Counted from the first letter of the whole stretch, positions 1-13,149 are shown. The stretch: DNA of 57,300 nucleotides, filler included, from Sphacelaria rigidula (GCA_964200075.2; 4 parts of 4 records of this genome joined end to end with filler, not necessarily neighbours in it), one strand, 5' to 3'. A program made the numbers and translations. The notes: a model not told the origin generated them from the sequence alone.

Positions 1-3000
1 ATAGTGGGATCGCAGCCGGTTTGTCGGACGATCTCCGGTGCACTTTTTGTGGGGGGGCTATCTCGGCATTAGTCAATCGCTGAGAAGTTCGGCAGACAGC
101 TAGCCAATGCTGATCCTGAGCCATAAGTTGACTTGGAAAGCAGCAAGGGTCTTTACGTGACCGCACTGGGTATCCATGAATGTCCCGAGGCTGTGGACGG
201 CAGTGTTAAAGCACGCAGAGAACGCGCGGGAGGTCAGTGTAGGTCTACACGTTTGTCTGCTGCTATTGACTTTTGAACATTTTGTTTCACGGAAGCGGGG
301 TCTTGACCGCCCATTTGCCTGAGGTAGCACTGAAGGACCCCCGAGAAATCGGTGCTGGGTTCTACCTCAGAGTCAAATACGATCTCCTACGCTACGGAAG
401 GGAATAATGCAGTCGTTATGAGACAAAAGCGTGCACAGGCAGTCGAGATCAGACACAAATGGCACCTGCCAGTCGGAGCAGGTGGATCCATCACACTTGT
501 CTCAATGAAACCTGGAGTACACGTGTGATTTGTGAGATAGAACAAATCACTAGACAAACTTCGACGATAATTTCTTCCTCTCTGCCAGCGTGACGTTTCT
601 CACTCAGAGTAAGCCGAGAAATACTCAACAGTTTGTACAAATTCTTGAAGACTTACAAAACATATCCCAGGGAATTTGTTGCCAATGTGACCGATAAGTA
701 CCACATCTCTCAGGTGTCGCATCATCCCGTGTCTCCCCCTCCCCCCATTCTCTGGTCTCACAGAAAAATATGAGACCTTGTCCACTTGATCCCATCAAGT
801 CAGTATGAAGGCCTATGCAAACACCACCTTGCAGTTAGTATGTTCTTACGCACACAAAACAACTGGTGTGGTGAGCTGGTCATTTTCTGCGCACGCCCGA
901 GGTATTGCCATAACGGTGAAATGTGATTTACTGACTCATAAACTGCCTCTCGTTTAGCATGCACCTCGTATCATCAAGTGCGGGCAGGAAAAACCCCACC
1001 ACGGATAGCTTGTTTGTCTGCTAAGCATGTCGATACGCAATACTGTCCTGAAAAAGTCCATCAATCGGCCGAGAGATGAACACGGAAACATACGGATAAT
1101 CTCTCTTCCATTTTCACAAGTTTTTCATGCACGTGTTTTCCTTCTTTTTTATTCGGCTTGCTTGGAAACGTGCATGACTTCCCCCCATCACTTTTCGTGT
1201 CCATTTCCAAATTTGGAATGGTGAAGACCCCCGAAAATCAGCGCTGCCGCTCGTTTCATGCACGTTGAGACACACACGCAACCCCAACACTGCACACACC
1301 ATGACTGAGCTTCATGTGAACGCCACTCTGCTGTTCTTGCCTATGATCGCGACGTTATCGGGCGCTTGCCCTGCGAGGGTGCCACAGTGTGACGGGGTGA
1401 AGATTGTAGATGCGGGTCCCAAACCGTGCAGCATGAAACCATCGTTTTCTTCATTGTTATAGGTGGGAAATGGAAGAGCGGATGGATTTTATTTTATTTT
1501 AAATACACCCATCGCAAAGAACCGTCCTTAACCACGTCGAGAGAACGGGGGTCGTGATGTACTCAACTGTAATCTAGTGTGATTTTGCAAAACGAAAAAC
1601 ATGTGCACGGGCATGCATACGGTAAGGACAACGTAGACTAGGGTTACCGTCAATACAGTGGTACAAATACAAGTTTTTGTTGATGTCGGGTGAGCGCCCC
1701 TTGAGCGTTTCGTCCCCATGATATAAAGGGGGAATGTCGGTTGCGATTGACGTGCCATGGACTGAGAGTGCATACCTCATGAACATTATCCCAAGACAGG
1801 ATAAGATATGTGTGTCGAAATCGCTCTATGGATGATGTCGAGAAAATAATGAAAATCCCAAAACCTTTTTTCGATCAGAATACAAAACATATGGAGGCAT
1901 TTCTACTGATCGCGGGTCGAAAGCATGCTGAAATAACACTTTGTGTGTGCGGGGTGGACTGAACCAACCGTATCGATACACGGGCGCCTTTGCTGGACAC
2001 ATACGGCGAAAATCGTTTCGGGCGAAAAATATTGTGACGCACCTTGCATGTTTGCCTTAGCAAAGGACTACTCGGACGGACACATGGAAATTCGTGTATT
2101 GTGAGCCCCTGGTACTGCTCGTTGCCATTTTGAAACCGATACTTCTTATGCCTGCGTACATGAGCACGTCATGTTCACGCACTGGGAGTAAGATGCGCGC
2201 GACCACCCCTACGTTTCTAGTGCTGTGTACGCAAACGACTGCTTTGTGGCTGTGTCGGGGTAGTCCTATTACCTTCCGAGGCAGTGCTGAGCTCATATGT
2301 TTCTGGTGCTTCAATGCGGATGACATTTGTCGCTTCCAGTATGGTCCTTACAATACCGTACAGTACGAGCCAATGCAGCTGATACTTTGTTCAACATTGA
2401 CACACATATTCAGTACGATAACAGTCGTACGGTCAACTGCACGACCGTCTGCAGTTTCCCAGCAAGCATGGCAGGGTAGATCGGTGAACGCTACATATAT
2501 TGTTCCTTCCCCGTGTGTGCTTGAGTAGCCCAAGTGGTCGCGTTTCTGTGCTACTGTAGTCTTCCTGTACTGTATGCTGTACCGAATGCGGCGCGAAGGT
2601 CCGTTCATGTGTCTACTCGTACGGTAATATAGTGGTGCATTCAACTTGTCTACGACTACTCCTCCTATGCTATAGGTTATTTCATGGTTCCACTAGGATG
2701 TGCCGCGCTTCCTTCCTTCGAAAAGGCATACCTCCTTATTTCGCACACGAGACTGATATCGAAACTGAGTAATCCTATGGTACGGGGGGGGGGTAATTTG
2801 GGCAACTTCTTGCACGAAATTCCAAGTCAAACCGTCCTTAAAAGGAGCAACGGTTGCTCGAACGAGCTTGTTATAGGTATATAACGCTCGTTCATACCGA
2901 TTGACACCGTTCGGAACCAAATACAAGCGCACCGCGAGTGTGGCAGCTCGTCTGACACACTTTTGAGCGTCTTTTTTCGTGCAATCAAATACCCCCCCCC

Positions 3001-4056
3001 CTCCCCCCCCACCCATCGTAGGATGACTCAACTACTGTTCCGAAACGAAAGTCGTAATCGGAGGGTCTTGTCGATAGACGTGTCGAGTATGAAATATGTT
3101 TTCATCACACCCAATAGTGAGCACCTTCTGCTTCTGGTGGCGCAGATGCGCGATTTCGTACACATCACATGGGCACAAAGTCACACATCCGTAGGACGAG
3201 TATACGATCGAAACAATAATAAACGCGGTAGACATGTTCACCATGCTCAAAAGACGAGTGATGCGGCTTGTATTATTTTGAAATACCACGCGTTCCGCCA
3301 TGCACAACTCGGTCGTAGTCTCGGCGCGCCGACCAGGCGGCGTCAAAAAGCCACCCAGCGAAGCTCCACCGTTCGATCGCTCGGATATTTTTTCTGCGTC
3401 ATACAGTCCATTTCCAACTGATAATTATGCCGACTTGACGGATGATCTACCCTGGAGGTCAAGGAGTTAACCCTCAAGACGCCGGAGGGCAACTGTCCCG
3501 AAAATTGGGCTTTTGACAGTCCCGCCACGGTTTTGGGAGAATGAAAATAGTATAGGCGTAGATGGTCGCCAGTAGGTCGGGTTGGGGCTGAAAAAGATTT
3601 TTCGACCGAGGTAGATTCAGTTTTAGCCCAGGAAACTTGTGACAGCCTAGGTTTACTACGACTGAGCGAGCGTGTCGGAGTTTTCCTGCCAACATCTTCA
3701 AGACGCAAGAGCCGACCGAGCTTGCCCCCACTTCTCCTACTCTCAGCGCTAAGTTCTCTCGCGTGTACAGGGGGGGGGTTATAGGGACAAGCCCATCGCT
3801 GCGATAATGTGCTCGTTGCTTGTGCGTTTTCGAGCGTGTGCGCCGTCTCGCTCCATTGGGTCAGGCGGGGAGCTTTCTCCAACATAGCCTCAGGTAGAAG
3901 AAAAAATACGCAACCATACGCGCACGTGCCGCTTCAGCATGTACATCCCCGACCATGTACGCCACGCCGTTCAGTTGTGCAGCCATAGCTATGTATCTGT
4001 GCGTTGAAGTATTTTCACATGCGTGACCACACAACTGATACAAGTGAAGCCACTTC

Positions 4057-4589
4057 GACCATTTTGTACGGCAACCAATCCATATTTGTACAAATATGAG
4101 GATTTCAGGCCGTGTAAATCCGATTTTCTCCCGTGGATTGTTTTTTTGGACCCCAGTCCGTCGGGCAATGTTTCTCGCCTAGCTTTGAGGAAACCAGATC
4201 AATTCTCTGATTCTCTGGACGCTGACTTTTGGTTCATCACCTTTCTGTTCAGATCGGGAGACTCCCGTATGTGAGCAGAAAGGTGATGAACCAAACGTCA
4301 GCGTCCAGAGAATCGGAGAATTGATCTGGTTTCCTCAGAGCTAGGCGAAAAACATTGCTTCCAGATTCGGGGGAGATGCGGGAGTCTCCTGATCTGAGCA
4401 GAAAGATGATGAACCAAAAGTCAACGTCCAGAGAATCAGTGAATTGATCTGGTTTCCTCAGAGCTAGGCGAAAAACGTTGCCCGACGGACTGGGGTCCGA
4501 AAAATCAACCCACGGGAGAAAATCGGATTTACACGGGCTGAAATCCTCATATCTGTACAAATACGGTTTGGTTACCATACAAAACGGTC
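4057..4589. mobile_element. Foldback/MITE-like element with ~210-bp inverted arms and an extra internal partial arm
   Basis: Left arm ~4057-4270 (GACCATTTTGTACGGCAACC...) is the reverse complement of ~4377-4589 (...GGTTACCATACAAAACGGTC). A partial third copy lies at ~4273-4358. The + and - ORFs here translate to near-identical peptides because of the palindrome. No clear TSD. Confidence 0.8.
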
Positions 4590-4599
4590 TTAAACCGTC

Positions 4600-4910
4600 A
4601 CAAGCTAGAGATTGAGGGTTGGAACCCCGTTAGATGCACATGGGCATTTTTCTGAGGAGTATACCTGTATGATGTCTTCATCTTTGAAAACGTGAGGACT
4701 CGAGTGGCAAAGAAAATGTAGGTGGCGAGAGTCGACACGATACGAGAGTTCTGATCGAACCTGCAATACCAAAATACAAGGCGTGTTCCGGGAGAGATGG
4801 ATTGATAACTTGAGACTACGGATTTGTTCCGAGGAAGGGAAAGGGTTGGATGATGACTACCGTCCAGACTTGTCCCAAGGAGGAGGGGGGGTTAGAAGTA
4901 TGACAACAAA
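4600..4910 (+). mobile_element. Diverged copy of tRNA-derived SINE family B
   Basis: Shares CGAGAGTCGACACG, CCAAAAT.C.AGGCGTGT.CCGGG and a GTCCC.AG...GGAG 3' part with 12828-13149. B-box-like GGGTTGGAACCC near 4616. Confidence 0.55.
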
Positions 4911-6446
4911 CATCGAGTTACCGTACAGGATTAGTGTTGGTGTCATCGTTGCTACTGCCCTAAATTATTTCAAGTTTTTCTACTCTGAGATGGCAACCTG
5001 TTGCTAATCAGTTCTTATAAATGAATAAACATGACGCGCAGCATATGCGGAGCTATTCTACTCGGGCATACATACCTGGCTTACACTGTCGATGACCACA
5101 TAGCTTTTCACGCCAGGTGTGGTCGTCGCCTCCATGATTCTTTCGCAGCGGCCACCGCCTCGGCTGTCGTCGCCGTCCGCGCATCCCATGATAGCCAGGC
5201 CCGTGAGTATGTGGGCCGACCCTGTGGCGACATCAAAGTCGAGAGAAGCCTCATCACCTTCGCTCGTTGCACCCGTAACGGCTGCAACAGCAGGCGCAGT
5301 CATTGCTGGGACAAAGCTCCTGACAACAACAGCAACAAGCAGCCACCGCATGAGCCGGGTTGTGCATGCATACCCTTGTCGCCACCGTCGCGGCCATCGC
5401 TGCAGCGGCCACCACATCTTACCACCGCCAGCCGGAGAACAACAGCGATGCCTTGTCAGGAGATTTTTGTCACGCTCACGAATTGTCAATTCGAGGGCGT
5501 CCCAGCAGCAGCAAGACTCCTCTCTCCACCATCGCCCCTGCTGCTCCGGGGGGTGTTGTTTTCGCTGCGGTGGTGGTATCCGAGCAGGGTCGCACGACGA
5601 CTGATACCGCTTCATTGCGCCACCAATAGAGGCTACACCGTTTTGGGGGGGCTGCTGCTGTAAGATGGTGTACGACAGGTATCTATGAGCCGAGTTCATA
5701 TAGTAGCGCTTTCGTTCAGCATCAGAGACCGCTGTACTAGAGCCGGCCCACCCGGATCTTCTGTGGACCCTGGTATCCTGCCCCTTAATGTCTGTCAGTG
5801 GCGGGCAATCTGTCATGTGCCAACCACGGAGTGTATTCAGGGAGCCTCAGTTATTGTGCCTGCACTCTCTGTAGTCGTGGCCTGCAGGGCGCACCTCCCG
5901 CTCAAGAACATGATGGTGTATGTCTTAGAGGCTCTATACATGAGTCAGGTTCCGCCTTGTATGCGATGTAATCTTCCATCTGTTCAATCGCGCGTCTGAA
6001 CACAACCGCGAACGTGAAAGATTTTGAAAATAAAATCAAACACAACAGTCAACAGGTGTCATTGTACAGTACTCATAATAATGCGGTACAGCTTCTGTTC
6101 AGCCGCACGCAAGAATTAACTTTACTCTTTGCTCAGACAGCCTCTCCTCATAGAGTGCAGCTTACACGCCTTCGGTGTCTACACTGTACTGTACTCTTGT
6201 GTAGCCCTTCCCATACGTATCTGCAGGTGGTTATTGTGTTCTGTACCTCGGACTTGGTGAGCTGTAAACGGCACTTGTGAGCGCGACATCCGAGTGTGAG
6301 ACCGTGCCACAATTTTGGAAATAGCAAATCATCACAACCGACAGCATATCACAGACAGTACCGAGTAGCACTTGGGTGTAGGGAAGGAGGCAAGCCGAGG
6401 CAGTGCTCAGTGCTCAGTGTTAGATTGAGAGAGGCGGGGCGCAAGC

Positions 6447-6533
6447 ATGAATTTGGGGGGCATGGAAGCGATTGCCCAACAAGTGGCGGGCAAAGCGATC
6501 CTGGACCACGCAAAGGAGACAGAGCGGAAGCTG
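6447..6533 (+). CDS. TXNDC9: Phosducin-like protein 3 / thioredoxin domain-containing protein 9, coding exon 1 (gene 3'-incomplete)
   Basis: ATG at 6447; MNLGGMEAIAQQVAGKAILDHAKETERKL, then donor GTGAGA (phase 0). Splices in frame to 9501, giving ...ETERKLDEKLAKLDKMDDDDIDKIREKRKAQL, which matches the PhLP3/TXNDC9 N-terminal helix pattern. Confidence 0.8.
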
Positions 6534-7281
6534 GTGAGAGATTTGAACTTTGCAGCAGGCAGGACATAATACTACGAAGAAGACCAGTACGTGCAGTACA
6601 GTAGTCTTGAGCAACAAGCATCTTGTACACGTCGAAGTAAAATTATCGGTGAGAAATGATGCTGCCTGGGCATAGTACGTGTTGCCCACAGCGAGATATA
6701 GCTAGGGCGCACGGGGTGGAACTACTTTGGTCGCTCACTATGTGTGGGGATACTCAGGATGAGATTGTAATGCCTCAGAATGCATGGAAGACGCTGCTGT
6801 ACGGTATACTTTTGTGACAATCTTCCAGTCTTCATCACACGTGCTTTCGGAATAATTTCCGTACTCGATTTTAAACATCCAAACGGGTATCGTCCAGTTC
6901 GCCTCTGATTTGTCTGCGGGTGTACACATGGTATTCTCCTTTTTGTGTCTGTGCATCACCTCGCCTCAATGGCTTGGAGAACAGGAGGAATACATCGCAC
7001 ACCACATATGTACGGGTAGAATGTGAGGTGCACGAAACTCCTTACAACTACTCGTGGTGACACGCCCGCTGATCTCAGAGACGACGGTGACGGGATATGA
7101 CACCCCTTCCATCTGTGGGGCTCCGTGTGGAATACGGAGCAAGGCGTGTCCTGCAGTGATTGAACCAGGCTCCATCTGCAGTGCAGATGGTCTTACTGTA
7201 GCAGATAGCACGACCGGAGGGTGATAAACTCTTCAAATCCAAGTTTCTCGAGAACAAATGTCCGTTCACTTTGAACGTCAA

Positions 7282-7383
7282 CCCTTTGACCGCGGGGATA
7301 GGTCACCTGCTGAATCGCCATCAATATTCACTTGGAAAAAGTGTGTGTGATCTAGATGGACTACCCGCACCGCGGTCTAAGGG
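7282..7383. mobile_element. piggyBac-type MITE (~100 bp), in TXNDC9 intron 1
   Basis: TCAA|CCCTTTGACCGCGG...CCGCGGTCTAAGGG|TTAA. Homologous to 13850-13947 and 54644-54750. Confidence 0.75.
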
Positions 7384-7775
7384 TTAATATATGTGGACAA
7401 TATCTTCCCAACGGCATACGAGTAGCATTCAATGACGTGCAAGCAGCAGACGGGGCCGTCTTACAGGATTGGGAGAAAATCGAGTTAAAACTTCACTTCA
7501 CTACTGTACAGTATAAACATCGCGGCGCTCGTTTTGAAAACACTACTCCCCAGTCCCATGTATCAAGGCTTGGCTCGCGAGACGGTTTCCACTGCGCAGG
7601 ATAAACCCATAGGATGACGTAGGATTGCTAGAGGTAGTGCCGGTTTCATGGCGGTTGCCTATCCCGTGTCTGTTCCAGAAATCACCAAGAGTGTTTTGTC
7701 AAAATGTAAGTGTTTAGGCGGGGTCTGATTGGAAGTGATGAATCACTTTTCAAAAATCACTTTTGAGAAATGATT

Positions 7776-8314
7776 CACAGGCACCATAGGTAAGGTAGGT
7801 ACCCGGTACCGGTATTTGGGGCATCTCATACCCTACCGATACCGGTCCAATGTGGTATTTTGAAATGTCATAACTACGATACCTGCGATACCAGGGTATT
7901 TCGAAATTTCAGGATCTACCGTACCCGCCAACTCCGGTATTTTGAAATGTCATACCCACGATACCTACGATACCACGGTATTCCGAGATTTCAATACCTA
8001 CCGTACCCGCCCATTCCGGTATTTTGAAGTGTCATACCTACGATACCTACGATACCACGGTATTTCGAAATCTCAGTACCTACCGTACCCGCCCATTTTC
8101 GGTATTTTGAAATGTCATACCTACGATACCAGGGTATTCCGAGATTTCAATACCTACCGTACCCGCCAAATCCGGTATTTTGAAATGTCATACCTACGAT
8201 ACCCACGATACCAGGGTATTGCAAGAGTTCAATACCTACGCATACCACGGTATGGGATACCCCGGTAAATACCGGACGTAGGCTCGGTACGGTACCTTAC
8301 CTACGGTGCCTGTG
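7776..8314. mobile_element. hAT-type non-autonomous element with ~5 internal ~82-bp tandem units, in TXNDC9 intron 1
   Basis: TIR CACAGGCACCATAGGTAAGGTA / TACCTTACCTACGGTGCCTGTG. Perfect 8-bp TSD AAATGATT (7768-7775 and 8315-8322). Internal units start GGTATTTTGAAATGTCATAC. Confidence 0.9.
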
Positions 8315-9500
8315 AAATGATTGCCCCAACAACGACCGGCTTTGAGTCTTACCGACAAGCAGTGTTGCCCAGATCGAAGCCCAGATCTGCATACAGGCTC
8401 AGAAATGCGTCGGGTCTGGAAGTGATCGTGAGTCCAATACATCTGTACTGTTCGATCGATGAATTGATGCACATGGACTGATTCCCAAGACATCCAGTCG
8501 TGGTTACAGCTTAGAATATAGAATTTTACTGGAATTTTATCCAACGTGTACACAAACGCATATACCCGCAGCAGGAAGCTAGACAAAGGGGGGAGAAGAT
8601 CGGAAGAATAATAGGGAGAGCAGAGTTGACTGGAAAATGACGAAGAAACGCAGGAACAACAAAACGAGAGTCGGAGGATCGGTAAAGAACAGGAAGGCAA
8701 GACAATGAGGGCAAAAAATGAAATAAAATCAAGATAGACCTAGTACCGGTCCCGCTGAAAAACAAAGAAGGAATCACTGGCCCCTGCCGCATGTCTCCGG
8801 GTAAGGAAGGCTGCACAAGATCAAGCGAAACGAAGAAAAGAAAAGCACGATAAGAGGCCGTGGACGCAGGTTGCGACTGATTGATTGATTGATTGTCGCA
8901 CTTTAACTGACCCCCCAGGGGTCCAGCCGCGGTCTCATGATCCAAGAAAAACGAAACTGAAACACGCTCCTAAGCAAAAAAGGAAACAGGAAAAAAAAAA
9001 CAGGAACAGAAAAAAAGAAGAGAAAAAAAAAGGAGGGGTCGGACAGAACGACATAGCAGACTGGGCTGTGAAGAAACCTCACTGTTTGGATATGCTGGCC
9101 TCTCATTTGCGAACTCTGCAAAAGCAGGTTTAGACTGGAAAAAGGTGGGGATGGAGATAGAAAGGATGATGTTCACTTCGGGAGCGCGGCGTCCAAAAAG
9201 GTAAACAAACTAAACTAAGAACACCGAAAGCTGGCCAATCGACGAATGCATCCACAGGCAAAGATGATGTCGAGATCACTCCAGGTTTATTTTCGCGCTG
9301 TTCCCGGATCCCGCTCATTTTCCAAACGCCCTTGTCATGTGTTTGTTGGGGCCAAGCACCTTGCGACGGCTGTCCAGGGTATGGCTGACTTGCATCGTAT
9401 CCTGTTGCGGAGCGGTTCGTGATGTAGGGAAAAGATGATGCTCAGTTCCTGTCGCTTGTTTTTTTTTTTTCAATATGAATGTATACGTTCTCCTTCACAG

Positions 9501-9602
9501 GATGAGAAACTGGCCAAGCTGGATAAGATGGACGATGATGACATCGACAAAATCAGGGAGAAGAGGAAGGCGCAGCTGATCGCCGCGGCCAAAACCAGAC
9601 AG
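9501..9602 (+). CDS. TXNDC9: Phosducin-like protein 3 / TXNDC9, coding exon 2
   Basis: Acceptor ttctccttcacAG; 102 bp = DEKLAKLDKMDDDDIDKIREKRKAQLIAAAKTRQ; donor GTTTGA. The expected next exon (GHG-Y motif and thioredoxin fold) was not found before the contig ends. Confidence 0.85.
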
Positions 9603-9985
9603 GTTTGACGAACGAAGAGGACTGGAAATAATCACCGAACGTTTCACATTTTCACGAGACGAAGAGAGTTGTCGAACCTACTTCCCTGTCTTTCGATAGT
9701 CGTCGGTTGGGCAGGGTATTGGTTGAATCTCTCGGAGAACCGAACACCTCATCTCTGCATTTCCGATTCCATTGAAGATTTTCGATACGGGCACGCTTTG
9801 ACAGTTTCCTCACTTATTTATTTTCAACACTTTGACTAAAAACGAGGGATTCTCAAACCCGGCGCGGACGAGCTGGAAATTGGCCCTGCATGGCTGCATC
9901 TTTTCCGTGTTTTTCTCGTACATGCACCCCACAGCAGTACACCAGTCAAGGCAAGGCAGTGTAGCAAATTCTTTCAAGGGTAGAG

Positions 9986-10245
9986 TGACGCCGCGATAGC
10001 TCCCCCCCCCCCACCCTGCCCCAAACCAGCCCCAAAATTGTCACGAAGGAAATCATCATACAGCGCACAGTAGCTGGTTTCAAGCTGCATGAAACGTCTC
10101 ATGTGGGCGACATTGGCAGAAACGATACCAAGCAGGGCAGCTGCCAGATCCTCTGTGTGCTCGGCTCTTGTCATTTTGGTTCGCATGTGGGTTTTGCCCC
10201 CTCAAGCCACCCGCTCTTCCACGGGGGGCTATCGTGGCAAATGAC
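9986..10245. mobile_element. Diverged copy of the ~250-bp GACAC-TIR MITE family
   Basis: CGATAGC-polyC ... polyG-GCTATCG ends; the internal sequence aligns with 30351-30608 and, inverted, with 23373-23622. Confidence 0.7.
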
Positions 10246-12309
10246 AGCAGCGAATGGCAGATTCGCGCATTAGCCGTGATAGCCATGATATACTGTGCAA
10301 CTGGAACTGTATCGCGACAACAGTGGGGCTGCCCTGGTACCTCGTGTTTCTTATGCATACGAGCTGCATGCTGTGAGAGGGGTCAGATAGATGTTACTCA
10401 GGGGGAAGCACGTGCCTTTCTCCCGCACCGAGATTTATGTTGCGGAGCATGCCAACACCGTACACGTACCATGGACGAGTTCCCCACGTTGTGCATTGAT
10501 TGTAAGAGTGTGTTGGGTAAGGTATTTTCCCACATTGGGATACTTTGAAATAAATCGTTTCACGAAGTACCCAGAACGTGCGTAGGGTGTTGCACATCCT
10601 GGACAATGACGTTATGTGGTCAATAGTTGCAGTAGACAAAATGTACTGCATAAAGTATGACCATATGTTGCCATTTTCCACGGTGTGCAGTATTGAGATC
10701 GCACTCTGCAATACCCAGATATTGGGCAGAGTACTGCGATCGAACCTAAAACCAACTTTTATGGCACCGAATCTCGATTTTTTTTTGAGAATTCGATCTC
10801 TTCAAAATCAGGGGGGGGGGGGGCGTTTTATGGTACCGCATGTTTGTGAAACAGTTCTGCGCACAGACAGTTATTTTCTGTATGAGTGTGGTGTCGCGTG
10901 GTCGTGCATGAAGCCGAAGTGCCGGCAGGTGGCGAATAATCCGTCGAGTACAGCGTCGTACCGTGGTACCCCAGGGTAATACGGGGCAGGACACTCTATC
11001 ATTACAGTGCATGATGATGCCGTGTAGTAATACATGATAGCACCGTCGGTATTGCGAGAACAGTGAACAAACAGTGCGGGAGAAGACTTCAGCAGTGCAG
11101 TGTCATACATCACCCTGCTAATAGTACAGCGACAGCAGACTAGTACAGTGCCGTTCGTTGTAGTTACACACTTGGTAGCGCAGTGCAGCACAAAATATTA
11201 CCATCGCCGGAGTGTACGGCGTCAAGACCTATTACCGCTTCTCAAACCCCGTGCGAAGCTGGTTCAGCAGCTGGCGTGGGCAGGCACGCCCTGCGTCGTT
11301 GTCACGAGACTGCTTTCTGCTGCGGTTGCAGAAATATCAAACGCCTCCTACCTTACCATTGTACGTCAAGGCACGTGCGTCACCTCCTCAAAATCGGGGG
11401 GACCTCAGCTTTCGCCCGATTGAAAAAAAAATCGGGGGGAACGGTTCCGAGATCGTGAAACCGCGATTTTTTCTCCCCCCGATGCATGAAAAACTCGAAG
11501 TTGTTGACTGCCATAAAAGATGGTCTAACTCTACCCGATATTCGGGTAAAAATTGGAGATGGGACCATCGCAGCACAAAATCCGGGAGAGTAAATACCCA
11601 GGTATATATTTACCCTATCTAACACACCCTTGATTTATCGCTTGTCGTAATCAACTGATCGCCGAGGTAGTCATGATCCAACCGTGATTATTATCCACAG
11701 GGTCGAGGTACCCAAGGCAAAACCGGACGGAAACGCTGGCTAAAGGGAATGGGAGAAAGGGAGAAGACAAGAAGAAAAAAACAACATGGAACAAACAAAC
11801 GTGGTAAAACTGAGCAGAAACGAAAGACTAACAAAGCAGAGATGAAAAAAAGAGAAGAACGGAAAAAAAAGGATAAGGACAAAGAGAGGGAATACCTAGC
11901 CGGTCCGGTTTTAAAAAGCAAAATGGAAATTACGATGCACCATAAATAAGCACACCACACAGCCGTCCGACATCGACGATATGTCCGGTGCGTTTTAGGG
12001 ATGCGTATGACTGCTTAGTGCACTCGCGTTCGAAACCTCATATTAACGTCGAGAAGCGAGGGCTAAGCCTGCAAGTATCCACATCCTGACTCGCTGCATC
12101 GGCATGGCTTGGCCGACAAGGAACGGAATATGCGCCAGGCCAACGAGCCGAAAATTGCCCGACTATTGAATTGTCACCGTTGGCAATCAGCGTGTGGAAA
12201 GCGCAGCACTCCGTTTTACCGGTCATCAACGTGTGACGAGAGACCGTGGTGTAGAGTTCATGGCGCATTGGAAGTAAAGAGAATGCGTCGCTTATTCAGA
12301 AGCCAAACC

Positions 12310-12655
12310 GGTCGTCCCGGTGGCTCAGTTGGTACCCTCGAAACCTTCTGACGTTTGGGTCGTGGATTCGAATCTCAGTGCAGTCACACGATCTGAATTT
12401 TTTTCTCATACAGTACCCGACACTGGAGAAGGGCTATGTCGTGGGTACCCAAAATTCGACTTCACGGTCGATGAGGGAAGGGGACTGCTGAACCCCTCTC
12501 GCGGTAGAGAACAAGGCAAGCACCGCAGAAGGAAGGTGGAATATATATAATGAAAAAAAACTCCTGTGTTGGCCTTCCTCCTGTGTGACCCCGACTGGTG
12601 CGCCCAAATACACCGAAAGGTGTAGACTGGCGTCCAGAATAGATGGGGCGACAAT
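12310..12655 (+). mobile_element. tRNA-derived SINE, family A
   Basis: A box TGGCTCAGTTGG (12321-12332), B box GGATTCGAATC (12364-12374), structured body, and 3' hairpin TACACC-GAAA-GGTGTA. Second copy at 53355-53710. Confidence 0.8.
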
Positions 12656-12827
12656 TCACGCAGTCACTATTCCCATGCATGGTGCACAAAATGGGGTAGC
12701 TCTCTGTTATTTTGAACCCCATATGTGTAGTACGATGTACCTTACTGATGGTGATTCATGTTGGAGCATCGCTTTGCGGAGCACCGTGTTCGTGGGCGTA
12801 TTGATTATTTTTCCCCTTGCCATCGTC

Positions 12828-13149
12828 GCGCCTCGATGGTGTAATGGTCCGACTGTCACCATTAGGGTGGAGAGAAGGTGGGTTCGATCCTCGATGCCTT
12901 TTTTTTTTTTTTTCGAAGTTTCTGATTTTCCACCGTCGAAAGCGTGAGTAGATAAGAAAATTAAAAGGAAGTTGGCTGAGTTTGTTTCGACGAGAGTCGA
13001 CACGGTGCGGGACTGCTGGTCATGGTCCAATCCGCAATTTGTTCCAAAATGCGAGGCGTGTACCGGGGAGAGGTGGGTTGATTACTCCCTTGAAACCACG
13101 GCCTCGTCCCGAGAAAGAGGAGGAGTTCATAGTGTGAAAAAAAAAAAAA
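12828..13149 (+). mobile_element. tRNA-derived SINE, family B
   Basis: A box TGGTGTAATGGT, B box GGTTCGATCC (12881-12890), T-run, body, and poly(A) tail 13137-13149. Related fragments at ~4600-4910 and ~52490-52590. Confidence 0.7.

Noticed and set aside
3468..4620. piggyBac element from TTAACCCTCAA (3468) to TTGAGGGTT (~4612)
   Set aside because: Only a 7-bp terminal match and no right-hand TTAA; the right site is better explained as a SINE B box.
5031..6055. GC-rich overlapping ORFs followed by a G-run and TGTAAG, as a possible retrotransposon PPT/LTR
   Set aside because: No recognisable domain, second LTR, PBS or TSD.
7855..8245. Regular repeat arrays resembling CRISPR (also 30160-30253 and 54180-55609)
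   Set aside because: The units are contiguous tandem copies with no unique spacers, there are no cas genes, and the context is eukaryotic TE.
12570..12640. HDV-like ribozyme in the SINE 3' end (CCTCCTGTGTG)
   Set aside because: I could not assemble P1/P2/P3 pairings; a simple nested hairpin explains the sequence.
12828..12900. tRNA gene
   Set aside because: A and B boxes are present, but there is no acceptor stem or canonical anticodon arm. It continues into a repeated body with poly(A), so it is a SINE head.
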